Part shown: positions 24,983-34,367 of the stretch, in pieces
Position numbering within the stretch: position 1 is the stretch's first letter
How the letters are laid out: each line of letters begins with the position of its first letter
Assembly: GCA_030167865.1 (NCBI GenBank)
Contig: JALAGF010004103.1
Span: forward strand, 1 to 55,263
DNA: 55,263 bases
DNA from: Craspedostauros australis
Lineage: Eukaryota
Direction: 5' to 3'
The notes under the pieces: generated by a model
What the model was told of the DNA's origin: nothing
The model's input: the letters and a program-made list of their open reading frames with translations, nothing else
Databases searched by the model: none
Translations under genes and position numbers: made by a program

Positions 24983-27900
24983 ATGAAGTTGCCAACCAAT
25001 GCGATGCAGCTGTGCCTGAGCATTCTGGCACTGCTTGTGCTGTCGCTGCAATCATCGTTGTGCGATGGTGCGCAGCCATCACCACAGCTCCCTTTGATGC
25101 TCGGCATCTTTGGGTTTGGCGGGAACAACAGAAACAATAACGGTAACATCAAGGGCAACGCTGATCCGAATGCCAGGAAGGGGCAAGGAAATGACGGCAA
25201 TCAGCGACAACAGCAGCAAGGGCAGCCGCCGCAAGGGCAGCACCAGAGAAGAGATGGACCTGCGCAGCGAACTGGGCGTGATGGAAGCAGGTCATATCCA
25301 CCGCAACCGTATCAGTCCCGACAACACCAGACGTCCAACGGACGACGACCACCACCGCCAGCCAACATGCGACCCGGTCAGGACACTCCTCCTCGTTCCG
25401 GTCCACCTCCTGCGTGGAAGGGGAGCGGCATGTTTCGGCCACCCCCACCTCCCCCACCGCCCAAACAGACAGTCGCTGAAGCGACGCATGACAAGGAAAG
25501 CGAACGTCCCGATGCACCAACGGCTGCGGGTGGTATTGACAGTAACACCAACGACAGCCAACAAGCCGACAATACAGAAGTAGTCGCAGTAGCATCTGTC
25601 GAAGTCGAAGTCGATCAACAAGCCAAACCAGATGCTTTGAATGAAGGTGGAATCAGCGGCGATGCTGCCACCAACAACACAGCACCAGCGGCAGTAGCCT
25701 CACATGTAGTAGGTGCAGACGACATCGCAGAAGGTGATATGGCATTGGAATCTACCAATGATGCACAAAATGATGATGCACAACAGTCCCCCGCCCATGC
25801 AGCAGAACAATCCAACTCACTCTACTCCAGCGACAACAAGGTTGACATGGAATGGGGCTTACAGAGCCAGCAGCAACCTGTAGGTGCAGCATCCGGACCA
25901 GGAGGTTGGGGAGTGCCGCCACCACCACCGCAGCATCAACAACAGCAGCATGCCAACGAACAAGGCTACCCGTACCCACCGCCGGACGAATACTATATGC
26001 ACCAGTCGGAGATGATGATGCTGCATGCTGAACTCGACGATTCTCGGGCGCGAGAAGATGGTTTGGCATTTCAAATCCACAACATGACGACAGCCCTATC
26101 CATCCTGGAAGAACGAGAGCAAAGCAATCTGCACCAACTGGACATCCTCAATGAGCGTATCATCGACTTTGAATCGCGGTCCGCCCAGGATCACAACACG
26201 ATCGCAGAATACGAAGCAAATCGCACATCCTTCCTGGAAAGCATCGGGGCCCTGCAAGATGATGTGAAGGCTTGGGAGGACAAGTGCGCGGTGCTGGAGG
26301 AGCAGCTCGACGATGCGGAGAGCGAGACAAGTCAGTGGAAGAAAGACTTCAAGTCCAAGTGCCGCGAGGTCGAGGAGCTGGCAATCGCCATTGAGAATTT
26401 GAGATTGGCAGAAAAGGAGAGGCAAGAATACATGTCGCTGCGTCGGCCAAAGCAACAAGGGCTCTTTGGTTGGTTGTACAGTTCCCTTTTCGGTGTTAGC
26501 GATACTCGTTACGGTGGCTTCGACAATGCCAGCGACGAGATTCGCGATGACGCCTACGACATGGCCAAGTCGTCCTTGCTGCGCGCGTTGCAAATGGAAC
26601 GCGAGAACGTGGAAGAATTGGAGACCATGGTTTCATCATTGGAGCAGAACAATTCCGCCATCTCGGACATGGTCCAGTCCAGAGATGTCGCCATCGAGGA
26701 GTTGAACGGGCGTGTGGCGACCTTCGACGAAGACAAGATGGTCCTCAAGGCTGCGTTGCGCCAGCTGCAGAAGGAGATCAATGAGGAAGCGCCGAAGACG
26801 CAAAAGTTGATGGAGGAGCTGGAGACTGTCCGACAAGGTGAGTACAGTGCTACGCATACAAGAAGGGGTTTGCTTCCCCTTGCTCCGTTTTCCCATGCTG
26901 CTGCTGCTGCTGCTGCTACTGCTTTCCACTTTGTAGTCAAAGTGCGATGCCATGTTCTGCACTCCAGCTCTAACCGTTCACGCGATTCTGCTCTGCTTCT
27001 GCAATCCATTGGTATTCTGGTGCATTCCCAAACAAACAGAGCTGGTGCTACGCAATAATGAGATCGATGCGATCATCGGAACGCATCAGGACGAGCTAAA
27101 ATCGTTGCAGCTAACGATCGATGTCAAACAACAGGCGATCAGCGAGAAGGACTCCAACCTGACGGCCGTAGGCACCTACGTCGACCGGTTGGAAGAGCGC
27201 TTGACATCGTTCGCGATTCTGCGTCGTGACATGGAGCAGCGGGAGAAGAAGTGCAAGGAAATTGAGGCATCCATGCAAAAGAGGGAAGAGGAGATCCAGG
27301 TCGCAGAGAGCAAGGTGGAGGCGTATGAAACCGAACAGACGGAGCTGAAGACGTTGCTCGAGGAGCTCGTTGAAGAACGCACGGTGTTGCAGAAGGAGAA
27401 GCGCAAGCTGATCACGGAAGGCGAGTTCCAACGAGCTGAAGAAGAGCAGCTGCGTTCGAAGCTGGGCAAACTCGAGACTGACCTCATGATGGAACGTGAA
27501 ACGAAGATTGAGCTCGAGAAGGCGCTGCGGGCGCAGGAGCAGCAAGTCATGATGCTGCGTGTGTCCAAGGAAGAGATGGAGCTCCAGCTGCAGGGTGTGG
27601 ACGAACTGAAGACTGGCCAAGCCCAACTGCAGAAGGAGTTGACAAAGCTGAGACGGGATAAGGCTGAGATCGAGAAATCGTTGGATGTTGCCAACAGACA
27701 TAAACAGAGCCTGCTCGCGGACGTCGATAACCTCTCATCAATGGTGCAGGTCTTGCAGAGCACCGAGGATGATCGAGAGCAGAAGGTCCCGCTGCGAAGC
27801 ATTCGGAAGGAGCTTTCCAAACGCACCGGGCTGCACGGCATCATCACGCCCTCCAGCAAGATGATGGCGGGAACCGCTCCGCTATCTGCCCATGCCGAGA

Positions 27901-28094
27901 CTGAATCACTCGCGAAGAAGTCTACGAGGAAGCCGTCATCAGCTGGAAAGACCATCGAGGAAGGCAAGAGCAATGGCAGGCACATGGCAAACCCTGGAAA
28001 CGGCGGCCCTACTGCTGCCGCAACTGCAGAAGCAAAGAAGGGGTTGTCCATGACGAATTCTATCTCGCCACCGACATCCAAGCCGTCGCCGTGA
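24983..28094 (+). CDS. Signal-peptide-bearing Pro/Gln-rich, long coiled-coil protein of unknown function, 2 exons
   Basis: ATG 24983 (MKLPTNAMQLCLSILALLVLSLQSSLCDG); intron 26838-27039 (GTGAGT...AAACAG, phase 1) joins two long ORFs in frame; E/K/L/Q heptad-rich C-terminal half. About 969 aa. Confidence 0.75.
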
Positions 28095-28897
28095 CTGAAG
28101 AATGCAATATGAATATATAAAATAATATAACAGTACGCAGTTTGGTAGGAATGCAATTTGATCTTACTCCATACTCGTAAGAGTACTTGTTTGGGAATTG
28201 CGCTGTGACGATTGGTTGCAGCTCGGCTGTTCATCGAGGCATCAACGCTTTGTTGACTGTGCATCTACTCTGTGCCATCTAATTCATCATGCATCACTAT
28301 CATTCTTACCCCGCGTGCTGCTGGCTTCACCACCCCGCTCCGATGGAGAGGACTGTGGTCCATGTTGATGGCAACAGCAATGGCTGTTGTTGAGTTGGCA
28401 TCTTTGTCATGTGACCTTCTAACTGCACCCGGAGGGCAGCATTCAAATCCCTGCGGTTCTTGAACAGAGTTATTTACCAGAGAGACCTCACCACATGAAG
28501 ACTACATACATATACTCGTAAAGCAACTGACTTCTATTCGTATTCGTAACATCACCAACAGCCATCTGCGAACAGATGACGGAAGGGAGGAGTTCGCCCA
28601 AGTTGACTCTGATATGGGTGTATCGCACGAGTACGAGCTACGATCATTGATCGAACTTCGGATGTTGTCGAAGAGCGCGACACCGCACTCTACGAGCTGC
28701 GAGTGCAGTGGCAACAGACAGTGATTTCGGTTGCTGTCCAGTGGCGAGAAACTGCTGGAGTTATGACACCAACAGAGGCAGTCATGGTGGGACTGACAGA
28801 TTCTATCCCTGGCTGAGCCGACGTCGAAAGTTGACCAAGGGTGATGCTCTGCGAACCACTTGCCTTGTCGTCCAGTCGGACCAAGTATTGCTGTTGT

Positions 28898-29710
28898 TTA
28901 CATGGCGTACGCACCTCCCAAGGATTTTCCCTGCTTGGAATTGTCTGGCATTTCTCCGCCGGCCGATCTGACGCGTTTGCAGGCCTCGGATTTGGCGTTT
29001 CCGCTCTGGCCATACTTGCACAGAGCTTCATCGGAGCTGAGCTTTGGTATGCACTTTGGATCCCGCTTTGGATCGCAGTTCTTCTTGTCGGCCTCGAGCT
29101 GTGGTGCGTACGTATTTGGCGAGTAGTGAATGGGGAGCGTGTGGTGCATGAGTGAGGACAGACAGAGAGAGAGGGTACAGAAAGAGGGAGACAGGAAAAG
29201 GGCAGACTGTGAGCTGATGTTGGCCCCATGTATTTGTTGTGGAGTGCTGTCGAGTGAGTAGTGCAGAGCGGTGTAATTGTCCATGCTTGCCACTCCATGG
29301 CACGAGCACCATATCGGCACCGCACTCCATCAGTACATGGCCGCAACGGAACACGCCACAGTATGATAGTCCAAGAATCCTTGTAGCACAGCATAGTACG
29401 GAGATGGACCCCACGGCCCATTCGTATGAGACCATTCAACGATCCTTGTTTGACTCACTTCTGCATTCATGAAGGCATCCATATCCAGGGCGTTGGTGAC
29501 TGCCGGTGCGGAAACAAGCGCCGTTGCCGCTCCGCCAACGAAGAGCGTCTGCAGGAAGTCACGACGACCGTTCGCCGATGTGGTCGCTGCAGCTGGCGTG
29601 ATGGGGACGACTGGCACAACAGCCGCGACCTGACCTTCTGGTGTGGCCACGTCGTTTCTGTTCTGGCTGGTGGCCAAGGCCGACAATCCGAATGCAGCAA
29701 TTCCTCTCAT
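28898..29710 (-). CDS. Small putative thylakoid-lumen protein (twin-arginine signal, 4 Cys), 2 exons
   Basis: Exon 1 29710-29459, intron 29458-29099 (GTGAGT...CCACAG, phase 0), exon 2 29098-28898. GRRDFL + hydrophobic stretch + TNA|LDM cleavage site; mature part about 76 aa with 4 Cys, ending GKSLGGAYAM. Confidence 0.75.
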
Positions 29711-30992
29711 GGTTCGTGTGCGTTGATGTGGATGTGGATGTGGTTGTGGATGCGATTGTTTGTATTGATGTTTCGGTGCTTGGGTCCTTCGATTTACTCT
29801 ATTGTGTTGTGTACAACTGAATCGGCGGTCGTGGAGAATTATGAGAGGTCTACCGATGGGACCTGGCTGTTGGAGATCCTTGTTCCTGTCGATACAGTTG
29901 TCGTGTGTGTGATTTCGTTTTCGTACCTATTCGTGTTCGCAAGCATTCTGTTGGAAGTGCGTGTGAGTGGGTAAGGGTGGGCATCATCGCCACCCACCAT
30001 CGTGCGTGTTGCGATCCATCGATGGATGCGTCGCGGTCTTTTCCTTGTGGCGTCATCGTTTGGTTGTGTTGGCATTTTTCGAGCTGTTCTGTTCGACGAT
30101 GACTGATGTCAGCGAACCGTGGTCAGAGAACTGTTTCGCGTTCGCGCACTCATGAATCACGAAATAAACACGACCCGACGCAGTTGGAAGGAATACTATT
30201 GGAGAAGTACCAATAATGATGAAATCAATACCACGTGCTCGTTGACGATGTCACATTTGTCACGAGTGGGCTTTGTGTTGGGGACGATTGGCGCATGTCG
30301 ACATATACTGTGACGCTTGACACATACAAGCCTGACGGTTGGAAAACGAAGAAGTTTGCTTTCGCTTCATCCCTCTGTTGGTTGGGTGTGCGTTTTGTTC
30401 ATTTTGTGTGCGTTGGCTATGTTCTTGTCACGATTTGCCGGAAGGGAGAGACACAGACACGCGAGGGGTGAACGCGTGGGCTTGTTGTTTGCTCTTCGTC
30501 CAGTTTCCGTTGTGGTGCCGGTTGGCCGCGAATTCCGTTTTGTGTCCACCGCGGTTGGAGCCACAGATCATTTGCTCCACCAGACAACTCACCTCACCCT
30601 CACATCAACCAAGATAACGAAGAATACCAACATCGCCAAAATACCAGAGACGGGCAAAAGAAGCATCCGTGTTGCTGAGTATCGACAGAGCAACACAGCA
30701 CAGCACAACACAGTTCAAGTGAAGTGAAGTGAACTGGAGCGGCGTCGATTGCACTCGCACAAGAGGGAAACGTGAAGAGAGGCGAAGAAGCTGTATCATC
30801 GCACTGCCCATTGTACTGCCTATTGTACTGCCTATTGCACGATTCTGTCGAAGCTGCGCACAAGAACATCGCTGTCATCAACACAGATCTGAGACTCTCG
30901 ACCAGATCCGAACGAAGCCAAGCAACAGTGGCAGTAGCAGGAGCAGTAGCAGGAGCAGTAGCAGGAGCAGTAGCACTATCAACACAGACACC

Positions 30993-33991
30993 ATGCCGGC
31001 AAAAGGCGGAGCATCGCAGGCTCGGGCCCGCGTCTCCACAGGCTTCGTGATCGTCGCCACCGTCCTGAGCTCTCTGATTGCCTTCTTCGTTGGCAAACTC
31101 GCTCGTGAGATCCTCGTGGATGGACCGGCCAAGACGCTGCTGCAGGAGCAGAACAGGATCTTGATGGATCATGCAGCGGCCGTCGAGAGGCTCAGAAGTC
31201 AGCGGCAGCATGCGTCAGCCACCGTCATCGGCGACGGTGCTGGAGACGGCAAGGCGGCGGGCCTTCCTCTGCCGGTGGTCCCCAAGGGCAAGCGATCGCC
31301 CAACACCATCTACACATCCAAGAACTTCGACACGTCGCAGAGCTCCAGCACGAAGAGCAGGTGGGTCGTGCAGCATCAGGACGGTGCCGATGCAGTTGCT
31401 GCGAATGCGGCCGCGGCCGCTGCTGCTGCAGATCACTGTGAGGCCTCCGACGAGGATGGATCCTGCGTTGGAGAAGCGCCAACCGAACAAGCTGATGAGG
31501 CGGACGACGACGACGAAGAAGATGATGAGAACGATGATGAAGACGGCGCAGATGGCGATGAAGAAGTCCATCTGCCAGCTGGTCAGCACCTGCTCATTGA
31601 TCTCGACGGCCTCGATGCTTCCTTTCTGGATTCCGAAGAGAGATTGGCAACCGCCATGCTGGATCTGGTCAACGAGTGCGGCTTGACGTTGCTGTCGTAC
31701 CATTGTCACGGTTTGCAACCTTCGGGCGTGAGCTGCGTCGGCGTTCTCCTGGAGAGCCACGTCTCGTTGCACACCTGGCCATCGCACGGAGTCATCACGC
31801 TGGATCTCTTCACCTGCGGACCCAACTCCCTCCTGCCGGTCGTGTCATCTGCCGAACGCCTCTTTTCCGTCGCCGCATCGCCGGGCGTCAAGCCGACCAT
31901 GATCTGGGCGCACAAGACCAGAGGATTTCCGGACATGGACTCCAGCTCAAGAACCGCCGATCTCATGGCCGTCGCCGACCTCGAGTTCTTCCCCATCGGT
32001 CGCATGATGGAGTACAAGGAGCAGATCGCGTCCGAGAAAACGCCCTTCCAAACCATCGACATTTACGACGTCGTTCAGCCCGAATTCACGCTCATGGAAT
32101 CCTTCCGCAAAGCCATGCAAACCGACGTCCCGTCCTACGAATCCGAGCATCCGCAATTATTCCAGCCCGATCGCATCGTCTTCCTCGACGGTGTCCTACA
32201 GTCCAGATCCAAAAGCGACGCGGCCTACCACGAGACCCTCGTCCACCCGGGCATCTTCACGCATCCGAACCCAAAGCGAGTTGCCATCATCGGTGGCGGG
32301 GAGGGTGCCACGTTGCGCGAGACGCTCAAGCACAGAACCGTCGAGGAAGTTGTCATGATCGAGATCGATGAAATGATGGTCAACGTCTCCCGCAAGTATC
32401 TTCCGCAATGGAGCGACTGCAGCAATTTGGTGGGCAGCGCGGACAGCTGCTTCGACGATCCCAGAACCACCATGTGCTACGAGGATGCCAAGGCATGGTT
32501 CTTGAACCGCTACCTCAACACAAGCGATGGGGAACAGCAACACGAGAAGTTCGATGTCATCATCATGGACGCTCTGTAAGTCATGTATCCATCGTCGTGT
32601 GATTTTCATGCTCTTTGCATGCTACTGTACAACTGTGCATCAGCTCCTCATTGATTGCAACAAACGAAGGAACGAGTTCCCATTTGCTCACATTGCGTCA
32701 TCATGCTCCTCCAATCCATTCTCTTTCTTGTACATTCAACGGAATCACACACCAATTGCGAATAACATGACACACAACAAAATACCAAATACTGTGCAAA
32801 TAACTCGAACATTGCAAACAATGCAAATGCAGGGATCCACAAAATGATGTAGGCCTCGCCGCGGAGCTCTACAGCAACTCCGACTTCTACACCTCCATCT
32901 ACAACGCCCTATCTGATAACGGCGTCCTCATTTCGCAGATCGGTGAGACGGACCGTATCAGCGATCCGGCGGACCAGTTCACTCGGGACTCCTGCGTTGC
33001 GGACATGGTCGACAGAGCCACCGATGTCGGTTTCAAAAACATCCTCAACTACGAGGAAGGCCACTGCGGTTTCATGGCACCGTGGAGTTTCTTCATCGCC
33101 CTCAAGGATTACAATTCGCGATCCGACTGGTTCGCGAACGAGGCCACCGTCACCCTCAAGATGCGGCAGCGCCTCATGAGGGTCAAGGGCGGAGAGGCGT
33201 CGCCGCTGCTCTTCTTCGACGGTGCGACCATGAAGCAACTTCAATACCCCAGCAAGGCAATGGAGGTCGTGCACTGCCGCAGAATACCCCAGCCGGAGGA
33301 ATGCAAGGACGATCATGGATTGAATCCTGACAACCGCCATCATCCCATCGACGTCCTGGAGGTGCGGCAGAGCTCCGTCAGCGAGAACGCTGGACGTGGT
33401 GTCTTCACCAAGGTCGATCTCAAGAAGAATGAGTACGTTGGCATGGACAGGTTAGTGCATGCGGTGTACATGGAACCAGCAACCCACGACCTCATGACGG
33501 CCTGGTACGAGAACGAGCATTGGAACTGGGATTATCACAACAAGGCCATGGAGGGATACACGCACGGCTACGGCCATCTGTTCGGCGATCATGGCGGAAC
33601 GCACGCGTTCGTCGACGCCTCGCTGCATACCTTCATCAACCATGCCTGCAACGCGCAGAATAACATGGGGCACGACATCTCCGTCACGGAGACCAACGTA
33701 TCACCCGATGACCCACCGCCGGACGAAATCCAGCGCTACACCTCCAGGATTTACAGTCCATTCACCGATCGGCAGATGCATTTCTATTCCGCCGGTCACG
33801 CGCGCAGAGACATATCGGCAGGCGAGGAGCTGACCGACAACTACCTTGCACTGAGCGGGATTCAGAAAGGATTCTGGAAAGAAGAATTGAAATCCCTTCG
33901 TGCTGTCTGTGCCGGTGAGCACGTCGGTCGTGTGACGGCATACGAAAGCGGAAAAGACGAAAAAGACAACAATGAAGAGAAGAAGAACTGA
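30993..33991 (+). CDS. Membrane-anchored AdoMet decarboxylase-aminopropyltransferase-SET domain fusion (copy 1), 2 exons
   Basis: Exon 1 30993-32575, intron 32576-32832 (GTAAGT...ATGCAG, phase 2), exon 2 32833-33991; about 913 aa. AdoMetDC: GQHLLID..LLESHVSLHTWP..LDLFTCG. Aminopropyltransferase: LDGVLQS..YHETLVHP..IIGGGEG..EID..DVIIMDALDP. SET: AGRGVF..FINHAC..DISAGEELTDNY. Confidence 0.93.
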
Positions 33992-34367
33992 GGGCATTCT
34001 CGCACGAAGTCGCAGCGCACGTATCAAGGAGCACATCCTTTGCTCCACTATCGTCTTTCTGGAGGTATTTGGATCTCCGGTGCTTGGTGCGAAAGATAAG
34101 TTGAACCCGGCTGTTCCATCTATGTGTATCAAGCTGATAAGTAGTATTGTAGAATTCGCTTCAGAGTTTAGTGGAGTGGAGTACTCTCCTCAAGCCCATC
34201 ATATGAGCACGAGCATTACAGCAGTGCACTCTGCGGCGATCCCCACACAGCGCCCTCACCACCAATGCTCCCTCGAAAGAGAGAGGGTACAACGAGTATA
34301 CTGCTGTGGAAGTCTACTGTAGTCTACTAAAAGTTCCCATCTTGCTGGTGCTCGAACTCAGCATCGA

